From: a virus | Length of the DNA stretch: 64,000 bases | Virus record (IMG/VR): IMGVR_UViG_3300047557_003034 | Coordinates: 13,362-77,361 of that record | Reading direction: 5' to 3' (one strand) | In this document: piece after piece, positions 11,047 to 20,974 of the stretch | Numbering within the stretch: position 1 is the first letter of the stretch | Layout: each line of letters opens with the position of its first letter | Position numbers and translations under genes: made by a program | Notes under the pieces: model-generated | What the model was told of the DNA's origin: nothing | Seen by the model: only the letters and a program-made list of their open reading frames with translations | Database searches by the model: none

Positions 11047-11313
11047 ATGGAAGAAACGCAATACGACAACAGAGAATTTATGATATTCGCTGTATCTGAA
11101 CTAGATCAAATCGACTTCACACAGGTCTTGGAAACTAGCATAGATACTGTTAGAAAGTCTGTGGACGGTCTCAAGACTTTTGTGAAGTGGGATGGTCTAA
11201 GTATCCCAAGCTCGGTAGAAGCACTGACAACAAAGGAAGGACCCTACACATACAACGAAATACTCACCATCCTAGCAACACCGGAGTGGACAGATCCTAA
11301 TCCAATCCCATAA
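11047..11313 (+). CDS. Small acidic protein, probable tail fibre accessory/assembly protein
   Basis: Clean 88-aa ORF following the LamG genes; function inferred from context only. Confidence 0.6.
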   Translation: MEETQYDNREFMIFAVSELDQIDFTQVLETSIDTVRKSVDGLKTFVKWDGLSIPSSVEALTTKEGPYTYNEILTILATPEWTDPNPIP

Positions 11314-11342
11314 TTCTTGCAAGCCTTTTACCGACTCTTACC

Positions 11343-11350
11343 TATTTATA
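11343..11350 (+). promoter_or_regulatory. TATTTAT(A/T) putative phage late-promoter element (representative copy)
   Basis: Also at 18863, 24311, 24898, 27911, 28484, 29532, 40607, 45793, 51843, 58598, 63421 and 63868 (+) and 62077-62084 (-), each upstream of a gene and oriented with it. Confidence 0.7.
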
Positions 11351-11385
11351 TGTAGGTGATTTCTAAGTAAAACAGCAAGAAATAT

Positions 11386-14300
11386 ATGGCATACTTACAG
11401 TGTACGGTCATTACTGGGTCTCAAAATGTATTGAGTGTTATAGGTTCAGGTAGTGCCACGACATCTTCTTTGTTATCTGTCGATGGAAATAGCGGAAGGC
11501 TGTTCCAAGTAACCGACACATTATCTGGTTCTCTCTTCTCTGTCAATACAGTATCGGGTCTACCCGTAATAGAGGCATTTTCCGACAACACTGTCCGCAT
11601 TGGACAGTACGGTCAGAAGGCACTTTTTGTATCACAATCCAAGGTAGGAGTTGGCAAGGAAGACTCACTTAACGGAACACTAGACGTATCAGGCAGCTTA
11701 ACTGTTACCGGATCAACCAATATCAACGGTAATCTCACAGGATCTAATGCTCTTTTGACAGGAACTTTGACAGTGAACACGATCAATGTCAGCATACTGT
11801 CATCTTCAATAAGCTTCTTTACGGGTTCTACGATATTTGGATGCTCAATTTCCAATCAACATCAATTTACGGGATCTGTTAGCATAACAGGAAGTTTAAG
11901 AACATGCGGTCCCATGTGCTCCACTACAACAATGGCAATAGGTAGTGGATCTACAGCATCAGGCATCTACAGTAGTGTAGCAGGAGGTAGATTGAACACA
12001 GCATCAGGAAACTATTCACATATAGGAGGCGGTAGTGGTAGCCTAGCATTAGGTGTAAATTCGTTTATAGGCGGTGGTCAGTTTAACTGTATTCCTGCCG
12101 GTGGTCAATGTGCAGTAATAGGAGGCGGTCAATACAACACTGGATCGTCGGTGTTAGGTTTCATTGGTGGTGGTACCAATAACAATATGTCTTGTTTTTA
12201 CGCTGTGATTGGAGGTGGTATATCAAATACAACAAGTGGATACGGCTCAGTAATCGCAGGAGGTAACATAAACAATAACTCAGGTAGATGGGGATTCTTA
12301 GGTGCTGGACGCTCAAATCAGCTATCAGGAAACTGTACTGCTATCGTTGGTGGTGGTAGTAACACGGTTAGTGGATTCTACAATGCAATAGTAGCAGGAT
12401 GTGCTAATACTGTTAGTAATAGTGGTAGTTTCATTGGTGGAGGCTTTGGTAACACGGTATTAGCAGATACCGGATCAATAGTAGGTGGTCGTAGTAATAT
12501 AATCTGCTTAGGTGGCTCCGGTTCATTTATAGGTGGTGGCCAAAGTAATACAGTCTCCGGTAAGTGCAGTGCGGTAGTAGTAGGTCAGCTTAATAGTGCT
12601 ACTGGTGAAAATGGATTTGTAGGCAGTGGTTATCAAAACTCATTCACTGGTTTTAGAGGTGGTATTGTAGCTGGTCAGCAAAATACGTTATCATCCGTTT
12701 ACGGATTTATAGGTTCAGGTCTCTCAAACGTAGTTGCAGCTAGTTCTACCTCAATAATAGCTGGTCAAAATAACTGTGCTATTGGAGCACTTTCCATTAT
12801 AGGAGGTGGTAACTTCAACAGAATGTCAGCTAACTGCGCAGCAGTAGTAGCTGGTACGTACAACACGGGTTCAGGAGCAGGCAGCTTCATAGGTGCTGGT
12901 AGTGGAAGTGTGGCAGCAGGAGCTCTAACATTTATAGGAGGCGGTCAATTTAACTGTGCATCAGCTAACTATGCAGCAGTAGTAGGAGGCTTTCAAAATA
13001 CAGGTTCAGGTACGTTTAGCTTTGTGGGTGGAGGCGGTGGAAATACTGCAGCAGGTGCATGTTCTACAGTAGGCGGTGGTGAAATAAACATTGCAAGCAG
13101 CCAGATATCAACGGTATCAGGTGGATATAGAAACTATGCAGCAAGCTACGCTGCAACTGTAGGGGGTGGATTGCTAAACTGTGCATGTGGATACAACGGA
13201 ACTGTATCAGGCGGATACAGAAACTCAGCATCAGGAAGCTACTCTTTTGTAGGAGGAGGTAAGCAGAACCTAGCACTAGCAGTATCAAGTTCAGTAGTAG
13301 GAGGCTGGCTTAACTGTGTAACTACTAATGGTACTGGTTCATTCATAGGAGGTGGTCAGGGCAACACAGTAACAGGACGACTATCAACAGTAGTAGGTGG
13401 TGCTGGTAACCAAGTTACCGGAAACTGCTCAACAATATCTGGTGGATACTTTAACGTAGCTACTAATACATTAGCAGCAGTAGTAGGTGGTCGGAATAAT
13501 CAAGCACGAGGAGAAAATAGCGTAGTAGGTGGATATTTCAACTGTGCTTGTGGTGTTTCAAGCATAGTAGCAGGCGGACACAATCAGACTGTGCTAAGCA
13601 GTTATGGCACTGTAAGTGGAGGTTACAACAACTGTATTACATCAACTCTAGCTGATTCATCGACAATTAGTGGTGGATATCAAAATAGAATATCAAGCAT
13701 CCGTTCCGTCATAGCAGGAGGTCAAAATAACGTTATCAGTGGAAACCGATCATTCATAGGGGGTGGTCGACAAAATACAGCATCAGGCAACTATGCATCA
13801 GTAGCAGGTGGTAGTGGAAGTGTAGCATCAGGACTTAACTCATTCGTAGGAGGCGGTCAATTCAACCTAGCAAACGGTGCATGTGCATCGGTAGTAGGTG
13901 GCTTTCAAAACACTGGTTCAGGTGGATTTAGCTTTGTAGGAGGCGGTACAGGAAGTATTGCAGCAGGACTTTATAGCTCTGTAATAGGTGGATTCATAAA
14001 CTGTGCTAGCCAAGTCTACGCAACAGTAGGTGGTGGTGGTAGGAATCTTTCAAGTGGAAACAGTACGACAGTAAGTGGTGGCTATGGTAACCAAGCAACA
14101 GTCACCTTCGCAAGTGTGTTAGGTGGTGTAGGCAACGTAGCTACGGGACATACCTCAACTGCGGTAGGAGGACAATCCAACTCAGCAACAGCTTGTCATT
14201 CGTTTGTAGGAGGTGGTGCATCAAATACGGTAGCAGCAGAAACAGGATCTATAGTAGGTGGTCGTAGTAACAGCATAACTTCAAACGGCTCTGGTTCATT

Positions 14301-17300
14301 TATAGGTGGTGGTCAAGGTAACATAGTCTCAGGACAGCTATCGACAGTGGTAGGTGGTCTTGTTAATCAAGTTACTGGCTGTCATAGTGTTGTGGGAGGT
14401 GGTATAACTAACTGTGTAACTGGAAATTGCTCTACAGTAGCAGGTGGCAGACTTAACACTGTAAGTAATAATTATTCTGTAATTGCTGGAGGTAATGTTA
14501 ATACTGCATCAGGTCAAGCTTCTTTCGTAGGTGGTGGCTTCCGAAATACAAGCGGACTCACCTATTCAATAGTAGTTGGTGGTATAGATAACATATCAAA
14601 TGCTAACAGATCAGTAATAGTTGGTGGTGAGTCCAATTGTATTGTGACCGGTGGTTATAGTTTCATAGGCGGTGGTCAACTGAACACTGGATCAGGAGCG
14701 TTTAGCTTCATAGGAGGAGGTAGTGGTAGTGTGGCAGTAGGAGCTAATTCATTTATAGGAGGCGGTCAATTCAACATAGCAGGTAACTGTGCAGCAGTAG
14801 TAGGTGGGCAATTAAACACAGGTTCAGGGTACTGGAGCTTTGTAGGTGGAGGCTGTTTGAATCTAGCAATTGGAAACAATTCATTTGTGGGTGCTGGTAG
14901 GCAAAACTGCACTACGCAAAACTGTTCGGTATCAGTTGGAGGATACAACAATGTTGCTAGCGGTGTCAATTCAACAGTAGTTGGAGGCTTTGTAAACACA
15001 GCAAGTGGTTATAGATCGGGAATACTAACTGGTCAAGGTAACGTAGCAGATGGTCAGTGGAGCTTTCTTGGTGGTGGAAACTTCAACCAAGCAAACGGCG
15101 TCTGCTCAGTTACTGTGGGTGGTAGATTTAACTGCTCAAATGCAACATCGTCTTTTGTAGGTGGTGGATGTGGAAACTACGTTGTAGCAAACAGTGCATC
15201 AATAGTAGGTGGACACGGTAACATAGTAACCGTTGGAGGCTCTGGTTCATTTATAGGTGGTGGTCAAGGAAACTTAGTATCAGCACAGCTATCAGCACTG
15301 GTAGGAGGTTTTGGTAACCTAGCATCAGGAAATGGCTCATTTGTAGGAGGTGGTGTTATAAACTGTGCAACTGGAAACTGCTCTACAGTAGGTGGAGGAC
15401 GTTGGAATGTAGCATCAAACAACAGTGCAACTGTTATAGGAGGTTGGGTTAACACAGCATCAGGTCTTTATAGTGTGACAGCAGGTTACGAAAACAAAAA
15501 CTCAGCCAATTACGGAGTAATACCAGGAGGTGGTACTAACTGCTTACAAGCAGGTGCAAGCTATTCAACAATATCAGGAGGCTACACAAACATATTAACT
15601 AACACATACTCTGCAATTGGAGGTGGTCTTCGAAACAGTGGGTCAGGTGCATTTAGCTTCATAGGAGGTGGTTTCTGTAACAACAACGCAGCAGCAGGAG
15701 GCTTTATAGGAGGTGGTTTTAACAACTGTTTAACTACAGCTGCAGTATCAGCTTCAATAGCAGGCGGTGATAGAAACTGTGCTACAGGCTGCTTTGCATT
15801 CATAGGAAATGGTCAACTGAACACTGGATCAGGAGTTTACAGCTTCGTTGGAGGTGGTTCTGGAAATAGAGCAACACTCAACGGTGCTGCTGTTGTGGCA
15901 GGCACAACTAACGGAGCTACAGACGTAGCTGCATTTGTAGGAACTGGTTTTTGTAATAATGCAACTGGCAGAGCATCTGCAATCGTCAGCGGTTTTCTCA
16001 ACTCAGCATCGAACTTTTACGCAGCAGTACTTGGCGGTGCTCGCAACTGTGCAATTGCTAGAGCATCAGCAATAGTAGGTGGATGTGTAAATGCAGCAAG
16101 AGCTTCCGGATCATTCATAGGAGGTGGTCAACAAAACTGCAACTCAGGAGATTGTGCAGTGATAGGTGGTGGTATCCAAAATTGCCTAACAGGTAATGCG
16201 TCAGTTTTAACAGGAGGTAGTGCTAATGCAGTTGGTGCACCACATGCATTCCTGGGAGGTGGTCAATTCAACTTAACATCAGGATCCCACTCTAGTATAG
16301 TTGGTGGTGTACTTAATTGTGTTATGGGCAATTGTACAACCGTAGTTGGTGGTCAAAGCAACACTGGTTCAGGAGCATGGAGCTTTGTAGGAGGCGGTCA
16401 GTGTAATAACGTATCAGCAAATTATACAACACTATCAGGAGGATACTTCAATACAGCATCAGGTAGGTATGCAACACTCGTAGGTGGAGATTCTAACACA
16501 GCTGGCGGTAGAGCTAGTTTTGTTGGTGGAGGCATTAACAACAGAACATGTGCACCAGCCTCATCATCAGTTCTTGCTGGTGGTCAAAGTAACGTATTGC
16601 AAGGACTGAGAAGTGCAATGTTGGGAGGCTATCTCAACACTGTATCAAGCACATACGGAACAATAGGAGGTGGTTATTTCAATATAGTAGGCGGAGCAAA
16701 CGGATTTATAGGTGCAGGTGACACCAACTTTGTATCAGGATCACATGCAAGTGTGGTAGGAGGATTTGGAAACTGTGCAACAGGCAACTGCTCAGCAGTA
16801 GTAGGAGGTTTTCAAAATACCGGATCAGGCATAGCTAGTTTCGTAGGAGGTGGCATTCAAAACTGTGCTTGCGGTTGCAGGACTTTTGTAGGAGGTGGAT
16901 CTAATAACTGCGCATTCGATAGCTGGGCAACAGTAGGTGGCGGCTATCTTAATGTGGCCAGCGGATCACATAGTACAGTTGGAGGTGGCTGTACAAACAT
17001 AGCTAGTGGATCGGCTGCTACTGTGGCTGGTGGATCTAACAACTGCGCATTTGAACTCTCGGCAACTGTGGGTGGTGGTGGAGTGAATACTGTTAGAAGG
17101 TGTTTTGGTACAATTGCTGGAGGATATTTGAACTGTACAGATGGTGCTTTTGGAACCATCAGTGGCGGTTATCAAAACAGAGCTAGTGGATCCCACAACT
17201 TTATAGGCAGCGGTCGCTGTAACACATCCAGCGGATCTTATGTGGCAATAGTAGGCGGACGGTTCAACTGTATTGAAGGAGCAGTCTCCTATAGCTTTTT

Positions 17301-17937
17301 AGGAGGTGGTCAGTTGAATATTGTGGCTGCAACAGCAGCTACTATAGCAGGTGGTGATAGAAACTGCATAACAGCAGCTTGTTCAGCAATCTTGGGAGGC
17401 ACTCTTAACACTGCATCAGCAGTATTTGCAGGAGCTTTTGGATGTAACATTAATGCAAATGTAGCAAACCACTTCTTTGTTAACAATCTTAACGCAACAA
17501 ATAACATCACGGGATCAAATGCTCGCTTTACAGGTACAGCAACAATAGGTTCTGCACTTGCAGTTGGAGCAATAACGCCATCAGCAACAGTAGGTCGTAT
17601 TGACGCAGCCAACGACGTAGTAGCATTTTCAACTTCAGATAGGAATCTCAAGACCAATCTTACTCCAATTTCAGATGCACTTTATAAGATAGCGGAGATA
17701 ACAGGATATGAATTTGATTGGATACCAAACGAAGAGATACATGGGTACGAAGGTCATGATGTAGGTATCATAGCTCAAGAGATAGAGAAAGTACTTCCTG
17801 AAGTGGTAACAACAAGATCTAACGGCTACAAAGCAGTTAAGTATGAGAAGATTGTACCACTCCTCATTCAAGCAATTAAAGAACAAAGCCAGCAAATAAA
17901 GAGATTAGAAGAGTTAATCAAGACAATCAAAGGGTAA
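11386..17937 (+). CDS. Second giant repeat tail fibre/adhesin with C-terminal peptidase S74 chaperone
   Basis: Same 15-aa repeat. C-terminus STSDRNLKTNL...GYEFDW...DVGIIAQEIEKVLPEVV...VKYEKIVPLLIQAIKE. TATTTATA motif upstream. Confidence 0.87.
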   Translation: MAYLQCTVITGSQNVLSVIGSGSATTSSLLSVDGNSGRLFQVTDTLSGSLFSVNTVSGLPVIEAFSDNTVRIGQYGQKALFVSQSKVGVGKEDSLNGTLDVSGSLTVTGSTNINGNLTGSNALLTGTLTVNTINVSILSSSISFFTGSTIFGCSISNQHQFTGSVSITGSLRTCGPMCSTTTMAIGSGSTASGIYSSVAGGRLNTASGNYSHIGGGSGSLALGVNSFIGGGQFNCIPAGGQCAVIGGGQYNTGSSVLGFIGGGTNNNMSCFYAVIGGGISNTTSGYGSVIAGGNINNNSGRWGFLGAGRSNQLSGNCTAIVGGGSNTVSGFYNAIVAGCANTVSNSGSFIGGGFGNTVLADTGSIVGGRSNIICLGGSGSFIGGGQSNTVSGKCSAVVVGQLNSATGENGFVGSGYQNSFTGFRGGIVAGQQNTLSSVYGFIGSGLSNVVAASSTSIIAGQNNCAIGALSIIGGGNFNRMSANCAAVVAGTYNTGSGAGSFIGAGSGSVAAGALTFIGGGQFNCASANYAAVVGGFQNTGSGTFSFVGGGGGNTAAGACSTVGGGEINIASSQISTVSGGYRNYAASYAATVGGGLLNCACGYNGTVSGGYRNSASGSYSFVGGGKQNLALAVSSSVVGGWLNCVTTNGTGSFIGGGQGNTVTGRLSTVVGGAGNQVTGNCSTISGGYFNVATNTLAAVVGGRNNQARGENSVVGGYFNCACGVSSIVAGGHNQTVLSSYGTVSGGYNNCITSTLADSSTISGGYQNRISSIRSVIAGGQNNVISGNRSFIGGGRQNTASGNYASVAGGSGSVASGLNSFVGGGQFNLANGACASVVGGFQNTGSGGFSFVGGGTGSIAAGLYSSVIGGFINCASQVYATVGGGGRNLSSGNSTTVSGGYGNQATVTFASVLGGVGNVATGHTSTAVGGQSNSATACHSFVGGGASNTVAAETGSIVGGRSNSITSNGSGSFIGGGQGNIVSGQLSTVVGGLVNQVTGCHSVVGGGITNCVTGNCSTVAGGRLNTVSNNYSVIAGGNVNTASGQASFVGGGFRNTSGLTYSIVVGGIDNISNANRSVIVGGESNCIVTGGYSFIGGGQLNTGSGAFSFIGGGSGSVAVGANSFIGGGQFNIAGNCAAVVGGQLNTGSGYWSFVGGGCLNLAIGNNSFVGAGRQNCTTQNCSVSVGGYNNVASGVNSTVVGGFVNTASGYRSGILTGQGNVADGQWSFLGGGNFNQANGVCSVTVGGRFNCSNATSSFVGGGCGNYVVANSASIVGGHGNIVTVGGSGSFIGGGQGNLVSAQLSALVGGFGNLASGNGSFVGGGVINCATGNCSTVGGGRWNVASNNSATVIGGWVNTASGLYSVTAGYENKNSANYGVIPGGGTNCLQAGASYSTISGGYTNILTNTYSAIGGGLRNSGSGAFSFIGGGFCNNNAAAGGFIGGGFNNCLTTAAVSASIAGGDRNCATGCFAFIGNGQLNTGSGVYSFVGGGSGNRATLNGAAVVAGTTNGATDVAAFVGTGFCNNATGRASAIVSGFLNSASNFYAAVLGGARNCAIARASAIVGGCVNAARASGSFIGGGQQNCNSGDCAVIGGGIQNCLTGNASVLTGGSANAVGAPHAFLGGGQFNLTSGSHSSIVGGVLNCVMGNCTTVVGGQSNTGSGAWSFVGGGQCNNVSANYTTLSGGYFNTASGRYATLVGGDSNTAGGRASFVGGGINNRTCAPASSSVLAGGQSNVLQGLRSAMLGGYLNTVSSTYGTIGGGYFNIVGGANGFIGAGDTNFVSGSHASVVGGFGNCATGNCSAVVGGFQNTGSGIASFVGGGIQNCACGCRTFVGGGSNNCAFDSWATVGGGYLNVASGSHSTVGGGCTNIASGSAATVAGGSNNCAFELSATVGGGGVNTVRRCFGTIAGGYLNCTDGAFGTISGGYQNRASGSHNFIGSGRCNTSSGSYVAIVGGRFNCIEGAVSYSFLGGGQLNIVAATAATIAGGDRNCITAACSAILGGTLNTASAVFAGAFGCNINANVANHFFVNNLNATNNITGSNARFTGTATIGSALAVGAITPSATVGRIDAANDVVAFSTSDRNLKTNLTPISDALYKIAEITGYEFDWIPNEEIHGYEGHDVGIIAQEIEKVLPEVVTTRSNGYKAVKYEKIVPLLIQAIKEQSQQIKRLEELIKTIKG

Positions 17938-17940
17938 GTT

Positions 17941-18828
17941 ATGGCGATACCAGCATCAGGACCGGTTTCAATGAGTATGCTCAATGTTGAATTGGGCAGA
18001 AGTTTTAACACAGCCAACTCAGCTCTGGCAGGTTCTTCGACACCTTCCATAGGATCTCTATTCTATCTTGGTGCACAGAGTGGTAGTCTTAATCAAACAG
18101 CACCACATGCAATAAGTGAGTGGTACGGATACACTACTATAATTCCACAACCTACACTTAAGTATGATGCTTACAGCAGTAGCTACGACGGATCTGTATC
18201 AGTTAACTTAGGTTCAGGAGGTACAACGTATAACTTAAATGAGACAGGAACTGTAGAGACTGGTAGTGGAACTAATCTAGGAAGCAATTACTATAATATA
18301 AACTTGCCTGGAACTACAACTGGATATCTTACATCTAGTTTTTCTCCCGTACCGTCCAACACTTCATTCTCTATTAGTATAATGGCATTTATTACTGGTA
18401 GCTCTGGTCAACTGTTTAGTATAGAATTAGCAACAGGTAACCGACTATACATCGAGACTAATTTTGTAACAACTGGTGTGTACGATATCAGAGCTAATTT
18501 ATACTCAGCAGGTACTAGAGTAGTATACTTATCTGGATCTATAAATCAAAATGATTGGAATCACATAGTTTGGGTGCATGATAACAACTTAGCTACGGAC
18601 GATAGTAAGCTGTACATCAACAATGCATTAGCTCAATCTGTCACAGCAACCAATAACATATCTCAAACTGATGCATATCAAATCAGAGTTGGTATTAACA
18701 TACTTTCGACCATTGTTAGCTATAGATTAGGATCGGTCTCTTTCTGGAATGGTTACTATCTAGCACCTTTACAAATAGAAGACCTATATAACGAGTTCTA
18801 CGACAGATACGTGTACGTACCCGTATAA
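17941..18828 (+). CDS. Fibre-tip adhesin-like protein with LamG-like domain
   Basis: MAIPASGPVSMSMLNVELG N-terminus of a type often seen directly after S74 fibres; WNHIVWV...KLYINN LamG-like strands. Confidence 0.6.
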   Translation: MAIPASGPVSMSMLNVELGRSFNTANSALAGSSTPSIGSLFYLGAQSGSLNQTAPHAISEWYGYTTIIPQPTLKYDAYSSSYDGSVSVNLGSGGTTYNLNETGTVETGSGTNLGSNYYNINLPGTTTGYLTSSFSPVPSNTSFSISIMAFITGSSGQLFSIELATGNRLYIETNFVTTGVYDIRANLYSAGTRVVYLSGSINQNDWNHIVWVHDNNLATDDSKLYINNALAQSVTATNNISQTDAYQIRVGINILSTIVSYRLGSVSFWNGYYLAPLQIEDLYNEFYDRYVYVPV

Positions 18829-18889
18829 GCAATTTCAAGCAACTTAATGTAACAGAAGCAACTATTTATAACAGTAAAACATAAAAACT

Positions 18890-19228
18890 ATGATGATAAT
18901 TGGCAAAATCGATCCGACAGCTACAATATACCTTCAATCGGATCCGTTTAATCCTTCTACAATTACAGGATCTTACATTGCTGCTGTAGCACGTCCTTAT
19001 GTTCTTGGTACCAACAGTGTAAACTTCCAAGTGTCTTATGGTAACTGTACTTTCGATGAAGGTGGTAACATAACTGAGTTCACTACTATCTTCAATAGTA
19101 ATTGCAACCTTTCTGGTACAGCAATTGAGACTTGGGGTACAGATGACACAGTAGTTCTTCAAGAGATTGCACAAGCGCAAGGTACAACTGTTACACAGTT
19201 CTACTCAAGCAGTCTTAACATATTCTAA
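18890..19228 (+). CDS. Hypothetical virion-associated protein
   Basis: 112-aa ORF with TATTTATA motif upstream. Confidence 0.6.
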   Translation: MMIIGKIDPTATIYLQSDPFNPSTITGSYIAAVARPYVLGTNSVNFQVSYGNCTFDEGGNITEFTTIFNSNCNLSGTAIETWGTDDTVVLQEIAQAQGTTVTQFYSSSLNIF

Positions 19229-19235
19229 AATTCGT

Positions 19236-19266
19236 TTTGCAATCTAATCTAGTTTTCGTAAATTGC
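19236..19266 (+). promoter_or_regulatory. Bacteroidota-type -33/-7 promoter of the glycosylation/sulfation operon
   Basis: TTTG, 19 nt, TAAATTGC; ATG 4 nt downstream. Confidence 0.6.
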
Positions 19267-19270
19267 CGTT

Positions 19271-20146
19271 ATGAACATAATATTCCAAATCAACGGAGGA
19301 ATAGGTAAATGTATTATGGCTACCGCTGTATGCGAAGCCATTAAAAAGCAATACCCAAACTCTAAGCTCATAGTTGTTTCAGGATACGCAGATGTGTTCT
19401 TAAATAACCCACATGTTGATAGATCGCTGCAGTTTGGCAGCATAAGTTACTTCTACGAAGAGTATTTGCAAAACGAGAAGGACTTCAAAGTATTCGCTCA
19501 CGATCCGTACGTACAAACCGAATATCTCTACCAAAATGAACACTTGATTCAAACTTGGTGTGAGATGTTCGGCATTGCTTATGATGGTGAATACCCAAGC
19601 ATACATCTGACAGATAGAGAAAAAACATTCCTAAGCTCCAAATTTACATCGGATAGACCGATGCTAGTAATGCAAACAAATGGAGGAGCTGATGCAAACT
19701 TAAAGTACTCCTGGGCAAGAGATTTACCAGCCAATAACGTAACGGATGTAGTACAATACTTTTCTGAGCATTATAACATTGTGCATATAAGAAGAGAAGA
19801 TCAAATACAATATCCAGGCACAATACCAGTATCAGACAACTTCAGATCACTTGTGGTGCTTATATCACTGAGCCATAAGAGGCTGTTTATTGATAGCATG
19901 GGTCAACATGTGGCTGCATGTTTAGGATTACCATCAACAGTGTGTTGGGTTGTGAATAAACCTGAAGTCTTTGGATACCCAATACACGATAACATCATCT
20001 GTAAACCATTCACCAAGAAACCAGAGCTGAGAAATTCATACTTCCAGCAGTTCAATATTGGTGGTGATTTACTAGAATTTCCCTATAACTCCGAACACGA
20101 AGTGTTTGATAGCAAAGACATCATAAACTCAATACTAAAACAATAG
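19271..20146 (+). CDS. GT9 (ADP-heptose:heptosyltransferase)-like glycosyltransferase
   Basis: N-terminal GGIGK..MAT.V...IKK.YP...LIV motif, LNNPHVD, C-terminal FIDS..QHVAA.LG.P, resembling the GT9 GxGD...DSG..H.AAA pattern. Confidence 0.7.
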   Translation: MNIIFQINGGIGKCIMATAVCEAIKKQYPNSKLIVVSGYADVFLNNPHVDRSLQFGSISYFYEEYLQNEKDFKVFAHDPYVQTEYLYQNEHLIQTWCEMFGIAYDGEYPSIHLTDREKTFLSSKFTSDRPMLVMQTNGGADANLKYSWARDLPANNVTDVVQYFSEHYNIVHIRREDQIQYPGTIPVSDNFRSLVVLISLSHKRLFIDSMGQHVAACLGLPSTVCWVVNKPEVFGYPIHDNIICKPFTKKPELRNSYFQQFNIGGDLLEFPYNSEHEVFDSKDIINSILKQ

Positions 20147-20151
20147 GTTAC

Positions 20152-20970
20152 ATGGAGAAGTTATTCTTTCAGAGTTCTTTACCGAGAGCAGGCAGTACAC
20201 TTTTACAAAACATTCTCGCACAAAACCCAGACATCTATGCTACTCCTACATCAGGAGTGTTAGAACTTGTGTTTGCAGCAAGAGGAAATTACACTGAATC
20301 ACCAGAGTTCATTGCTCAAGATCCAAGTCTAATGCGAGCAGGCTTTTTATCCTTTTGTAGAAAGGGAATGGATGGCTTTTACGAAGCTGTGACAGACAAG
20401 AAGTACGTAGTAGATAAATCAAGAGGATGGGGAATACACTACGACTTCCTCAACCTAATCTATCCAGAACCCAAGATCGTTGTCATGGTTAGGGACCTAA
20501 GAGACATCTTCTGTTCAATGGAGAAGAACTTCAGAAAGAATCCTGACAAAGCTAGTTCAGTTCTTAACTGGTCACAGATGAGCGGTACAACAGTACCTAA
20601 GAGGATTGATATATGGGCTCAATCACAGCCGGTAGGACTTGCAATAGAGAGGTTGTCTGAAATATTCAGGCAGGGACTTGACAGTAAAATGCTATTTGTT
20701 CGCTTTGAAGATCTTTGTTTATATCCCGAAACTGAGATGACTAGGATCTATCAATACCTCGATATCCCCTACTACCAGCATGATTTTGATCATATAGAAC
20801 AAGTGACAAAGGAAGATGATGAGGTGTATGGTATGTTCGGAGATCACCAGATCAGAACTAAGTTAGCTCCTGTACCATCTACTGCTAAACAAGTACTTGG
20901 AAAGGATGTAACAGAGTGGATTTGGAATGCATACCCCTGGTATTTCCAACAGTTTAGGTACACAAAATAA
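20152..20970 (+). CDS. PAPS-dependent sulfotransferase
   Basis: 5'-PSB loop SLPRAGSTLL, DKSRGW, 3'-PB motif VRDLRDIFCS, VRFEDL. Confidence 0.85.
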   Translation: MEKLFFQSSLPRAGSTLLQNILAQNPDIYATPTSGVLELVFAARGNYTESPEFIAQDPSLMRAGFLSFCRKGMDGFYEAVTDKKYVVDKSRGWGIHYDFLNLIYPEPKIVVMVRDLRDIFCSMEKNFRKNPDKASSVLNWSQMSGTTVPKRIDIWAQSQPVGLAIERLSEIFRQGLDSKMLFVRFEDLCLYPETEMTRIYQYLDIPYYQHDFDHIEQVTKEDDEVYGMFGDHQIRTKLAPVPSTAKQVLGKDVTEWIWNAYPWYFQQFRYTK

Positions 20971-20974
20971 AAGT

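Noticed and set aside
376-17657. Many minus-strand Pro-rich ORFs (PPPT/PPPI) over the fibre genes
   Set aside because: Antisense shadows of GGT/GGA Gly codon repeats, with no independent coding signal
2-17937. Fibre repeats as a CRISPR array or DGR template/variable repeats
   Set aside because: The repeats are in-frame, degenerate protein repeats with no constant repeat/unique spacer pattern; no reverse transcriptase and no adenine-specific variation seen
2-17937. Ice-nucleation protein interpretation of the repeats
   Set aside because: They lack the AGYGSTxTA 16-mer consensus, and the S74 chaperone and tail context favour fibres
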